This document shows, in pieces, positions 55,992 through 64,000 of a stretch of DNA of 64,000 bases (position 1 is the first letter of the stretch; each line of letters begins with the position of its first letter). The position numbers and the translations under genes are program-made. Under the pieces are notes generated by a model. It saw nothing but the letters and a program-made list of their open reading frames with translations. It searched no databases and had not been told where the DNA came from. Location of the stretch: assembly GCA_947169825.1 (NCBI GenBank), contig CAMVRE010000001.1:16463-80462 (forward strand). Direction: 5' to 3'. The DNA is from an uncultured Verrucomicrobiota bacterium. GTDB lineage: Bacteria > Verrucomicrobiota > Kiritimatiellia > RFP12 > UBA3636.

Positions 55992-57620
55992 CTACTTCAC
56001 CGAGATCACGGCGGGCTTCGGCGTGGCGGCTGCGGGAACGGCGACCGGACGGGTCGTTGAGGCGGTCTTCCCGCTCAGGCCCGTCGCCGTCACCTCGATA
56101 TAGTTCGTCTCGCCCGCGACAGGGTTCGAGATCGTGACGCTCGTTCCCGCGACGGCGGTCGCGTCGGGACCATAGCCCGTGAGATACGACGGCTGCTTCC
56201 CGACGCCGGTGCCAGCGACGGAGAACGTGCCGAAACCAAAGTTACCCGCGGTTTTTACGGTCTTGAAGAACAGTCGCGTGAATCCGGCCGAAGCGAGGGG
56301 ATCTCCGTTCGCCAGTTCGTCGATGGAATAATTGCCGGTCGCGATTTCGGTGTTCGTCCACGTCTTGATCTCGACCCAGTCGGACGAATCCGTCGAACCC
56401 GTCGAACCATAGACGGTGAACGTTCCGGTCACGGCCGAAACCCTCCTCAGATGGAACGAAACCGAGGCGATGGTGCCGCCAAAGGCCGGCGTACCGATCC
56501 AAAGGGTCGTGTTGCCCTTGAAGTCAACGGGCGCTTCCTCGTAGGTGTAGTGCTCATGGCTGTTTTCGAAAGTCCATCCCTCCGGAACCGTTCCGTCTGC
56601 TTTGTAGACGGAAAAGTCCTCCGTCGCGAAATCGGCCGGGACGAGCGTCCACGCGCGGACCGAGAAGGCCGCGTCGTTCTGCGCGGGCCACGAGACGGTG
56701 AACGCCGAAGAAGAAACCGCGGAGGTGGTCAAATCGGGAGCGGTCACGGCGGGTGCGGTCAGCGTCGTCACGCGCAACGTCGCGGCGGCCGAGTCGTCGT
56801 GCGTTGTTCCATCTCCTTTGGCCACAACACTAACGTCATAGGTTTCGCCTTCCGCGAGCCCCGTCACAATCGTAGTTGTCTCCGATGGTTCGCAGTTCGT
56901 CACGACCACGTCGTTGACGCTCACTTCGTAGGCCGTTACATCGGAAACGGCACCCCACGAAAGAGAGAATCCGGTATAGTTTGTGGAAGGCGCCAAAACG
57001 ACAGGCGTAGACAATTTCGGAAGCCCCGAGGAAAACGTTTCCGTCACCACGATTTGGTCGATGCAGATGCGGCCATCTGTGGATGTGGCGAATCGGAGTT
57101 GGAACGGATCGGGCAAAGACGAAACGTCGGAGATGGTCCAAATCCTCTTGAGATTGTCGTTGCTCGACAAAAGGTAGGACGTGTTTGAAGCGGGCTCCGA
57201 CGACGCCACCGTGTATCCGGACGAAACCAAATCGGTTCCTTCGACGGAAACGGTGAGCGTGGCCTTGTCAATGGCATTTGCGTTTTGCGCCGCAATGTAG
57301 AACGAAACGGCAAGAGATGTCGCTGTGCCGTTGTCGGAAAGAGAGATGGGTGGAGAAACGATATAGCCGTAGGAATTAGCTTGACCAAGGCGCATGCCTG
57401 ATTTGCCTTTGATGACCAAAGATCCTGTCCATCCGTTTGAATCAGCATTAAACAATTCCGCAGAAGATGTTCCTATTTTCGCCCCGTTTGCCGTAGAGCT
57501 CCAGACATAGTCAAAATTTCCAAATCCTTCTTCGAAGATTTGTTCGGTCGCTCCGTGTGCGGGCGCGGAGGAAAGAACCGAAAGCGCGGCGGCGGAGAGG
57601 AGGGAAAGGCGGGCTTTCAT
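55992..57620 (-). CDS. Secreted beta-sandwich repeat protein (paralog of upstream gene)
   Basis: Signal peptide MKARLSLLSAAALSVLSSAPAHG. N-terminal EGFGNF box shared with 52868-55972 (EGFSTIG). Confidence 0.6.
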   Translation of the reverse strand: MKARLSLLSAAALSVLSSAPAHGATEQIFEEGFGNFDYVWSSTANGAKIGTSSAELFNADSNGWTGSLVIKGKSGMRLGQANSYGYIVSPPISLSDNGTATSLAVSFYIAAQNANAIDKATLTVSVEGTDLVSSGYTVASSEPASNTSYLLSSNDNLKRIWTISDVSSLPDPFQLRFATSTDGRICIDQIVVTETFSSGLPKLSTPVVLAPSTNYTGFSLSWGAVSDVTAYEVSVNDVVVTNCEPSETTTIVTGLAEGETYDVSVVAKGDGTTHDDSAAATLRVTTLTAPAVTAPDLTTSAVSSSAFTVSWPAQNDAAFSVRAWTLVPADFATEDFSVYKADGTVPEGWTFENSHEHYTYEEAPVDFKGNTTLWIGTPAFGGTIASVSFHLRRVSAVTGTFTVYGSTGSTDSSDWVEIKTWTNTEIATGNYSIDELANGDPLASAGFTRLFFKTVKTAGNFGFGTFSVAGTGVGKQPSYLTGYGPDATAVAGTSVTISNPVAGETNYIEVTATGLSGKTASTTRPVAVPAAATPKPAVISVK

Positions 57621-57926
57621 GGCGGCGGGGAGGGGGAGAAAGGGGCGCGAGGGAAAGAATGCGGCGGACGGGGCGGGAGACTACCACAAAAGTTTCTCCA
57701 TTGGAACCGAAAAGAATTGACAGGAAACACCAGATAAGGTGTTTATAACCTGTCGATAACACTAAATATGCGAATTTGCATGGGATGGAGGGAGACTCAC
57801 CCACCCGGCTTTGCCGGGAGCCCCCTCAGGGAGGGGGCCGGCGCATGCGCCGAGGTCGCGCTGCGCGGCCGGCTCCTCCGCTGGGGGAGCTGGCGAGCGA
57901 AGCGAGCCTGAGGGGGTCGAGATCGG

Positions 57927-58331
57927 CTACCGAGCCGGGACGACGCGAATCGCGCGCACGACCGCGCGTGCAGGATCTCCTCCGAGGAACGCGAGGATCT
58001 TCGGCAGCAGCAGGCGCGGGGCCGATCGCTTCAGCTCGGCATACCACACGGACCCTCGCACCTGCACGACCAGTTCGCCGTTCTCGATGCCGCCCGGCGT
58101 CGCGCGCCGCGCGACGTCCGGCCCGACGATCTCCGCCCACGACTCGGCGATGCGCAGCGCGGCGGGATCCGCTTCGGGGACGCCCAGCGCCTTCACCACG
58201 CGCGTCGCGGCGTCTCCCGCCGGTTCCGCGTCCTTGAACGGCGGCGGCGGGAAGGCGTCCGGCACGCGCAGGAACTCGCGCCGCACGCGCCACGAGCCGG
58301 GCGTGTAGTCCTTCGGGAGGGTTCGTCTCAT
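57927..58331 (-). CDS. DUF721-like small protein, hypothetical
   Basis: GELVVQVRGSVWYAELKRSAPRLLLPKILAFLG resembles the DUF721 core. Tentative. Confidence 0.45.
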   Translation of the reverse strand: MRRTLPKDYTPGSWRVRREFLRVPDAFPPPPFKDAEPAGDAATRVVKALGVPEADPAALRIAESWAEIVGPDVARRATPGGIENGELVVQVRGSVWYAELKRSAPRLLLPKILAFLGGDPARAVVRAIRVVPAR

Positions 58332-58332
58332 G

Positions 58333-58490
58333 GTCGTGATGGTCGTGATGGTCGCGATGGTCTCGATAGTCGCGATGGTCTCGATAGTCGCGATGGTCTC
58401 GATAGTCGCGATGGTCTCGATAGTCGTGATGGTCGGACCATCCAGACCATCGGACCATCCAGACCATCAGACCATCAGACCAGATTCTCC
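58333..58490. repeat. Tandem repeats: (GATGGTCGTGAT)x2 + (GATGGTCTCGATAGTCGC)x4 + (GGACCATCNA)x4
   Basis: Read directly. Occupies the whole spacer between the DUF721-like start and the purM stop. Confidence 0.9.
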
Positions 58491-59521
58491 AATCGGGTTC
58501 TGCCCGTTCCCTTCGCGATCTGGCCGACGACGATCGGGGCGGCCTTGGCCTTGGCGAGGGCGGCCATCGTTTTCGCGAGGTCCTTCGGGCGCACGCACAG
58601 GACGTATCCGATGCCCATGTTGAAGACGCGATACATCTCCGCGGGGTCGACCTTGCCGACCTCCTGGAAGAACTTGAAGATCGGCGGGACCTCCCACGCG
58701 CGGCAGTCGAACACCGCGTCGACGCCCTTCGGGAGCATGCGCGGGACGTTGTCCACGAGCCCGCCGCCCGTGATGTGCGCCATGCCGTGGATCTTCACGC
58801 CGGCCTTGCGAACCGCGAGGACGGGCTTCAGGAACGAGCCGTGGACGGCGAGGAGGGCGTCCCGGAAGGTCGTCCTCGTCCCGGGGACGAAGTCGGAGAG
58901 CTTCTTCTTCGCGACCTCGAAGACGAGCTTGCGCGCGAGCGAATAGCCGTTCGTCTGCAGACCGGTCGAGGGGAGGCCGACGAGCATGTCGCCGGGGCGG
59001 ATCGTCTCGCCCGTGACGAGGTCCTTCCGCGAGACCTTGCCGACGATCGTGCCGCAGACGTCGTATTCGCCGTCGGCGGGGTAGAGGCCGGGCATCTCCG
59101 CCGTCTCGCCGCCGAGGAGCGCGAGTCCGTTGCGGCGGCACCCGCGGCAGAAGCCGGCGATGACCTTGGCGAAGACCTTCGCGTCGAGCTTGGCGGTGCC
59201 GAGGTAGTCGAGGAAGAAGAGCGGCGTGGCGCCCTGCGTGAGGATGTCGTTCACGCAGTGGTTCACGAGGTCCTCGCCCACGGTGTCGTGGACGCCGGCC
59301 ATGTGCGCGACCTTGAGCTTCGTGCCGACGCCGTCGGTGGAGGCGACGAGGATCTCGCCGGCGCCGGGCGAGCGGAAGAGGCCGCCGAAGCGGCCGATGT
59401 CGGAGAGGACGCCGGGCGTCTTGGTGCTCTTGACGTCGGCCTTGATCCTGGCGAGGCCGCGGTCCATTTCGTCGATGTCGACGCCGGCGGCGGCGTAGGC
59501 GGAGGGCTGCTTCTTCTTCAT
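58475..59521 (-). CDS. purM: Phosphoribosylformylglycinamidine cyclo-ligase (AIR synthetase)
   Basis: AYAAAGVDID, ASTDGVGTKL, DLVNHCVNDI, GGETAEMPG, MAHITGGGL. Confidence 0.9.
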   Translation of the reverse strand: MKKKQPSAYAAAGVDIDEMDRGLARIKADVKSTKTPGVLSDIGRFGGLFRSPGAGEILVASTDGVGTKLKVAHMAGVHDTVGEDLVNHCVNDILTQGATPLFFLDYLGTAKLDAKVFAKVIAGFCRGCRRNGLALLGGETAEMPGLYPADGEYDVCGTIVGKVSRKDLVTGETIRPGDMLVGLPSTGLQTNGYSLARKLVFEVAKKKLSDFVPGTRTTFRDALLAVHGSFLKPVLAVRKAGVKIHGMAHITGGGLVDNVPRMLPKGVDAVFDCRAWEVPPIFKFFQEVGKVDPAEMYRVFNMGIGYVLCVRPKDLAKTMAALAKAKAAPIVVGQIAKGTGRTRLENLV

Positions 59522-59590
59522 GGTCGGATGCAAAATGGAACGCGGGCGGCGGATCGCGCCGCCCGCGCGATGCGGAAACGGAGGCGGACG

Positions 59591-60055
59591 CTATTCGGGG
59601 CGGACGCGGGACTCGCTGCCGCTCACGATGAGGCGGACCGGCTGCCCGACGTAGAACGAGTCCTTGCCGGCGGTCTGGACGACGATGCGCTCGGAGCCGT
59701 CGGCGAGCTTGACCGTGAGCTCGAGGCCGTTGTTCGTCCCGGTGGCGCCCTTCTCGATCGCGGCGCCGGCGAGGGCGCCGGCGATGCCGCCGAGCGCGCC
59801 GCCGACGGTGTGGCCGCGGCCGCCGCCCATCGTGGAGCCGATCGCCGCGCCGGCGACCGCGCCGCCGATGCCGCCGAGCGTGCCGTCGGTGCCTTCGATC
59901 TTGACCTGCTCGACGCGGGTCAGGGTGCCGTGGTAGACGGCCTGCTGGGCGCGCGCGCCGTCGCGCGAATAGGTGGAGCCGGAGAGCTCGGAGGCGCAGC
60001 CGGCGGAGAGGAGGAGGGCGGCCAGGGCCGCGAGAAGGGGGGTGGTGCGTTTCAT
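59591..60055 (-). CDS. Glycine-zipper (SlyB/Pcp-like) outer-membrane lipoprotein
   Basis: Lipobox LLSAGC. GGIGGAVAGAAIGSTMGGGRGHTVGGALGGIAGALAGAAI. Confidence 0.7.
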   Translation of the reverse strand: MKRTTPLLAALAALLLSAGCASELSGSTYSRDGARAQQAVYHGTLTRVEQVKIEGTDGTLGGIGGAVAGAAIGSTMGGGRGHTVGGALGGIAGALAGAAIEKGATGTNNGLELTVKLADGSERIVVQTAGKDSFYVGQPVRLIVSGSESRVRPE

Positions 60056-60231
60056 GGGTGGGTATTCTAGACGATTGTCGCGGGCGTTTCAAGTGGCGCG
60101 CTGCGGCCCGCCGCGGCGCGCACGGTCCTTTGACGAATCTCCCGCTCCGTTTATTCACGGGCGCGCACGGCCGCCACCCGTTTTCCGGTCGAGTCCGCCG
60201 CCCCGGCGGCCACGCGGCTTGCGAAACCGCC

Positions 60232-61653
60232 CTAGTGCGCGTGGCGGGAGCCGCCGCCGGGGCCGCCGCCGGGCGGGGAGACGGTGCACTTCCACGAGTT
60301 GGTGGCGAGCCAGCGCCCGCCGCCCTCGCGGAACGCGGGAATCTCCCATCGCGCGAGCGCCGCGCACCAGGCGCAGCCCGGCGCGAGAGCGATCGGCCCG
60401 CGCTCGAGATAGGGCGGGAGGTGGTCGGTCCGGTGGCGGCGCCACCGCAGGTCGAAGCTCCCGCCCGCGGGCGCGGAGGAGGCGTCGAGCGGGATGAGCC
60501 GCACGTCGCGGAAGACGGGCAGCACGACGGGCGAGACGGTCGGCGGCGCGCGGCGGCCCTCGATCTCGAGGCATCCGAACGGCTTGGCCGCGCCGATCCA
60601 GAGCATCGGCCCGGAGGCGTCGCCGCCCTCGCCGAGCGCGCCGAGGCGCGCGAAGGGGTTCTCGACGCGCATCGCCGCGTCGGCGCCGGCGTAGTCGTAT
60701 TCCTCCCGCAGCTCGCCCTCGAGCGGCATCGAGGGGTCCTTCATCGCGTCCCAGCCGCCCCACGCGCCGGCGTCCCAGCCGATCCACGTGCCGAGGAGCT
60801 CGTTCGTGCCGGGTCCGGGGCGCGGCGCCTCGGCGGAGACGCCTCCGAACATCTTCTCGACGCCCGCCGCGGCGAGCATTCCGCCGAGCGTGAGAGGAAC
60901 CGGTCGCAGATGCAGCCCGAGCAGCTCGGAGCCCGGGGCCGGATCGTCGTCCGCCTCGGGGAGGGCCGGCCACCAGCGGAAGTCCGAGTAGCCCTCCAGG
61001 AGCCCCGGCGCGCGGCGGTAGAACCAGCACCAGTCGCGGCCGAGGACCGCGTCGTAGAACGCGGGGTCGAGCAGCCAGTGCGCGCCGGAGGGGTCGGTCA
61101 GGAACGCGGCGTTGTCGACGCCGGCCGCGACGCCGCCCTCGGCGATCGCCTCGAGCGCGTCGGCGTAGTCGTCCCACGCGCCGGGCCAGGGCTCGGGCAT
61201 CGCGGTGGAGCCGTCGCCGAGGCGCGCGCCGTATTCCTCGCGCGCGGTGCGGGCGCAGTCCAGGACGAACTCCTTGAAGTCCGGGTTCGACGGCGCGCCG
61301 TTGAGCATCGCGGCCTGCTGCGCGGCGGCGACGCCGGCGAGCGGCCCGGCGAAGAGCAGGCGGAGCTGCGCGTTGGTGACCGCCTCGACCGCGGCGTGGT
61401 CGAGCGAGGCGAGCGCGAGCGCGTGGAAGAGGTTGAGCTCGCCCTCGAGGTCGAGCGCGGTGGCCTGCCAGCGCGCGGCGGCGAGCGCGGCGGCGTCGCC
61501 CGCGTTCTGCGTCTTGTCCTTGGCGAGCACCGCGTGGTGGACGTCCGCGAGCCACAGCGCCGCGACGAGCAGCGCGACCGCCGCGAACAGCACGAGCAGG
61601 ATCACCTGCCCGCGCCGCCCGTCGCCGTCCGTCTGTAGTCTTGCGTCTGACAT
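60232..61653 (-). CDS. TadG-like / Tad pseudopilin-family protein (putative Flp pilus assembly)
   Basis: N-terminal TM RRGQVILLVLFAAVALLVAALWLA. Located in the flp-tadE context. Large Ala/Gly-rich extracytoplasmic region. Confidence 0.5.
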   Translation of the reverse strand: MSDARLQTDGDGRRGQVILLVLFAAVALLVAALWLADVHHAVLAKDKTQNAGDAAALAAARWQATALDLEGELNLFHALALASLDHAAVEAVTNAQLRLLFAGPLAGVAAAQQAAMLNGAPSNPDFKEFVLDCARTAREEYGARLGDGSTAMPEPWPGAWDDYADALEAIAEGGVAAGVDNAAFLTDPSGAHWLLDPAFYDAVLGRDWCWFYRRAPGLLEGYSDFRWWPALPEADDDPAPGSELLGLHLRPVPLTLGGMLAAAGVEKMFGGVSAEAPRPGPGTNELLGTWIGWDAGAWGGWDAMKDPSMPLEGELREEYDYAGADAAMRVENPFARLGALGEGGDASGPMLWIGAAKPFGCLEIEGRRAPPTVSPVVLPVFRDVRLIPLDASSAPAGGSFDLRWRRHRTDHLPPYLERGPIALAPGCAWCAALARWEIPAFREGGGRWLATNSWKCTVSPPGGGPGGGSRHAH

Positions 61654-61655
61654 AA

Positions 61656-61793
61656 GACCGTGTGACCGTGTAACCGTGTGACCGTGCGACCGTGTGACCG
61701 TGTAACCGTGTGACCGTGTAACCGTGTGACCGTGCGACCGTGTGACCGTGCGACCGTGCGACCGTGTGACCGTGCGACCGTGTGACCGTGCGA
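61656..61793. repeat. (GACCGTGY)x17 octamer tandem array forming the entire tadE-like/tadG-like intergenic spacer
   Basis: gaccgtgtgaccgtgtaaccgtgtgaccgtgcgaccgtg... abuts the tadE-like stop (61794) and ends 2 nt before the tadG-like ATG (61653). Confidence 0.9.
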
Positions 61794-62372
61794 CTATTCG
61801 AGATAGAGCCCCGCGTGCTCCCCCTGGGTCGCCGTCGCCTCCATCGCGACGCGCGGGACGCCCTCGCCATCGAGCGGCGCCCACGGGACGGCGAAGCGCG
61901 CGAACGGCATCCAGAGCGGCGCGTCGTGCCGGACCGTGAGGTCGAGCGTGCCGTTGCCGAAGAGCGAGCCGGATTCGCGGACGGAGAGCGTCCCCTTCTC
62001 CCATTCCTCGTAGTTCAGGACCCAGTCCGCGCGCTCGTGGTTCTCGGCGGAGAGGTAGTCGGGGATGCGGGCGCGCTCGAACGCGGCCGGCGAGCCGTCC
62101 GCCGGCGTCCAGCCGAGATCCTCCGCGAGGAGCTTCCCCGAGACGGGGATCGCCGCGACGCGCGCCGCCTTCGTCGCCATCCAGGAGTTGAATCCGACGG
62201 CGCGTGCGCGCGCGGCGCGCGACGCCGCGTGGTGCAGGATCTCGCGCCCGCCGAGCGCGAGCGCGGCCTGCAGGAATCCGAAGAGCAGGACGCAGAGCAC
62301 CAGGAGCGCGAGCAGCGTCTCGAGATAGGCCTGTCCGGCGCGGCGCGGCGGCGGGACGGCGCGGCGAATCAT
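61794..62372 (-). CDS. TadE-like pilus assembly protein
   Basis: N-terminal RRAGQAYLETLLALLVLCVLLFGFLQAALAL (TadE motif). Confidence 0.6.
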   Translation of the reverse strand: MIRRAVPPPRRAGQAYLETLLALLVLCVLLFGFLQAALALGGREILHHAASRAARARAVGFNSWMATKAARVAAIPVSGKLLAEDLGWTPADGSPAAFERARIPDYLSAENHERADWVLNYEEWEKGTLSVRESGSLFGNGTLDLTVRHDAPLWMPFARFAVPWAPLDGEGVPRVAMEATATQGEHAGLYLE

Positions 62373-62391
62373 GGCGGCGGCGGGGGAAGGG

Positions 62392-62637
62392 CTAGTCTTC
62401 CTTGACGCCGTCCTTTTCCATGCTCTTGAGCTTGTCGATGGAGCGGCCTTCCTCGGCGGCGTCCCGGGCCCTGTCGGCGTTCTTGGTCGTCGTGAGCGAG
62501 TTCACCGCGCCGGAGGTCTTCTCCGTGACGGTGTCGCCGAGGATGCCGAACACCGCGAGGGCGGCGATGGCGATGACGACGACGATGATGATGTATTCGA
62601 CCATGGTCTGGCCGGAGCGGCGGGTGTCGCGTTTCAT
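62392..62637 (-). CDS. Flp/Fap-family pilin
   Basis: Leader MKRDTRRSG, then QTMVEYIIIVVVIAIAALAVFGILG (G/XXXXEY Flp motif). Confidence 0.7.
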   Translation of the reverse strand: MKRDTRRSGQTMVEYIIIVVVIAIAALAVFGILGDTVTEKTSGAVNSLTTTKNADRARDAAEEGRSIDKLKSMEKDGVKED

Positions 62638-62660
62638 GGCGTGTGGCGGGGTGTTCGGGG

Positions 62661-62837
62661 TTACGGGTATTCGGACGAGGCGAGGGAGACCGAGCGGTCG
62701 CCGTTCTCGCGGAGCGCGCCGCCGAGGGCGGCGAGCGCGAAGGCGAGCCCGATCAGCACGGCGAACGCGAGGACGTATTCGACCATGGTCTGCCCGGAGC
62801 GAGAGCGGAGGGCGAACGGACTCGGGGTTGTCTTCAC
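62661..62837 (-). CDS. Flp/Fap-family pilin (second copy; GTG start, probably leaderless)
   Basis: VKTTPSPFALRSRSG / QTMVEYVLAFAVLIGLAFALAALGG. A TTGTCC-18-TACACT promoter-like box ends 7 nt before the GTG. The N-terminal part of the listed 133-aa ORF overlaps the tRNA and was discarded. Confidence 0.5.
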   Translation of the reverse strand: MKTTPSPFALRSRSGQTMVEYVLAFAVLIGLAFALAALGGALRENGDRSVSLASSEYP

Positions 62838-62938
62838 GGCGGCAAGTGTAGCACACCCGCCCCCGCGCGGACAAGACCCGATTTTGCGCGGGCGGGAGAA
62901 GAAGGACCCCCGGGCCGAGACGGTCCGGGGGTCCAAGT

Positions 62939-63013
62939 TGGCTCCGGTGGCTGGATTCGAACCAGCGACCAAGGGATTAACAGTCCCCTGCGCTACCGCT
63001 ACGCTACACCGGA
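62939..63013 (-). tRNA. tRNA-Asn (anticodon GTT), CCA encoded
   Basis: Reverse complement: TCCGGTG TA GCGT AGCGGTA GCGC A GGGGA CTGTTAA TCCCT TGGTC GCTGG TTCGAAT CCAGC CACCGGA G CCA. Cloverleaf with 7-bp acceptor stem, TPsiC loop TTCGAAT and anticodon loop C-U-GUU-A-A. Confidence 0.88.
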
Positions 63014-63143
63014 ATGCGGCCTTCCGCGCGCGCGGCGCGGAAAACGGGGCGGACGATACCAAAAGCCCCCTTGCGAGTCAAGCAAGAATTCACAAAAGAG
63101 AGAGGTTTGCACCGCGGCGGCGGGCGTGCTAGAATCGCATCCC

Positions 63144-64000
63144 CATGAAACCGATCCCCGAAATCCTCGCCGACAACGCCCGCCTCTATCCGGACGAGAC
63201 CGCCCTCGTCGAGATCAACCCCCAGGAGCTCGAGGCCCGCCATACGACCTGGAAGGAGTATTCGCTCGTCGAGACGGCCCCGGCCGACGACGCCTTCCGC
63301 TCCGAGATCACCTGGGCGCAGTTCGAGGAGAAGGCCAACCGCTTCGCCAACCTCCTGCTCACGCGCGGCGTGAAGAAGGGCGACAAGGTCGCGATCCTCC
63401 TCATGAACGGCCTCGAGTGGCTCCCGATCTACTTCGGCGTCCTCCGCACGGGCGCGCTCGCGGTGCCGCTCAACTTCCGCTACGCCGCCGACGAGATCAG
63501 GTACTGCGTCGACCTTGCGGACGCCTCCTTCCTCGTCTTCGGCCCCGAGTTCATCGGGCGCGTCGAGCAGATCTCCGACCAGCTCCCGAAGGTGAAGGCC
63601 CTCTTCTACGTCGGCGGCGACTGCCCGTCGTTCGCCGAGAGCTACCGCGACCTCGTCCCGCACTGCTCCTCGCGCCGCCCGGAGATCCCGCTCTCGCTCG
63701 ACGACGACGCGGCGATCTACTACTCCTCCGGCACGACCGGCTTCCCGAAGGCGATCGTCCTGCGGCACCGCGCGCTCGCCCAGAGCTGCGAGGTGGAGCA
63801 GGCCCACCACGGCCAGACGCACGACGACGTCTTCCTCTGCATCCCGCCGCTCTACCACACCGGCGCGAAGATGCACTGGTTCGGCAGCTTCCTCGTCGGC
63901 GGCCGGGCGGTCCTGCTGCGCGGCGTGAAGCCCGAGTGGATCGTACGCGCGGTCTCCGAGGAGAAGTGCTCCATCGTGTGGCTCCTCGTGCCGTGGGCGC
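63144..64000 (+). CDS. AMP-dependent synthetase/ligase (acyl-CoA synthetase family), 3' truncated by window end
   Basis: AMP-binding motif IYYSSGTTGFPKAIV. ATG 63144 is preceded by a TTGCAC-17-TAGAAT promoter-like box. Confidence 0.8.

Noticed and set aside
58333-61793. Tandem repeat arrays as possible CRISPR
   Set aside because: Units are 8-18 nt with no interspersed unique spacers and no cas genes. These are microsatellite/minisatellite arrays.
60155-62004. N-terminal extensions of ORFs 60232-62004 and 60155-61870 translating HTVTRSHG repeats
   Set aside because: These are translations of the (GACCGTGY)n tandem array. The tadG-like start was placed at ATG 61653.
62838-63062. N-terminal 75 aa of ORF 62661-63062
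   Set aside because: Overlaps the tRNA-Asn gene. The pilin proper begins at the GTG giving VKTTPSPFALRSRSG/QTMVEY.
1-64000. Transposase/integrase/IS elements
   Set aside because: No DDE transposase, tyrosine/serine recombinase or inverted-repeat-bounded IS was recognisable in any frame. Mobility evidence is limited to GC shifts and repeat elements.

Overview
This is a high-GC (about 65-70%) bacterial chromosomal segment. Many genes have A/C-rich, Shine-Dalgarno-poor leaders, and a Flp/Tad pilus locus is present. I could not assign a taxon from sequence alone.

The window divides in two:

(a) Positions 1-35,000 form a mosaic accessory region with lower-GC patches (about 1.8-2.5 kb, 5.6-7.2 kb, 13.5-13.9 kb, 16-19 kb) that reads as a defense/conflict island. 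It contains:
- a PLD-like two-HKD protein and a P-loop kinase-like protein;
- four paralogous Schlafen-type AlbA_2-domain proteins with different C-terminal arms; two are preceded by a duplicated ~95-aa partner gene, one is fused to a STAND NTPase with Sel1 repeats, and one to a Zn-ribbon plus a degenerate C39-peptidase-like domain;
- a prokaryotic viperin-like radical-SAM enzyme sitting between them;
- a cassette of a WXG100-like small helical protein, a coiled-coil protein with a putative PD-(D/E)xK nuclease C-terminus, a small helical protein and a single-domain FtsK/SpoIIIE ATPase;
- a TerY-P-like triad (vWA, Ser/Thr kinase, PP2C) extended by a vWA fused to a Zc3h12a-type NYN RNase;
- then an HExxH peptidase, a Zn-ribbon plus C39-like peptidase paralog, several secreted proteins and lipoproteins, and an S1 protease.

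(b) Positions 35,000-64,000 are mostly housekeeping: metK, a large TPR protein, a lipoprotein, exbB-exbD-exbD, hldD, hom, secG-tpiA, a nucleoside hydrolase, two large secreted beta-sandwich paralogs, purM, a glycine-zipper lipoprotein, a Flp pilin/TadE/TadG-like cluster, tRNA-Asn(GTT) and a 3'-truncated acyl-CoA synthetase.

Unusual repeat elements:
- (GAATGCT)n heptamer arrays, including a 96-nt imperfect palindrome lying in-frame inside a 968-aa ORF, plus a duplicated repeat-and-leader module;
- a permuted GC-rich palindromic repeat family flanking and interrupting the FtsK cassette;
- an 8-mer tandem array of about 17 units that forms the entire spacer between tadE-like and tadG-like;
- 18-mer tandem repeats next to purM;
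- a REP-like palindrome in two copies.

All calls rest on motif recognition by eye in the supplied translations. No database searches were run.
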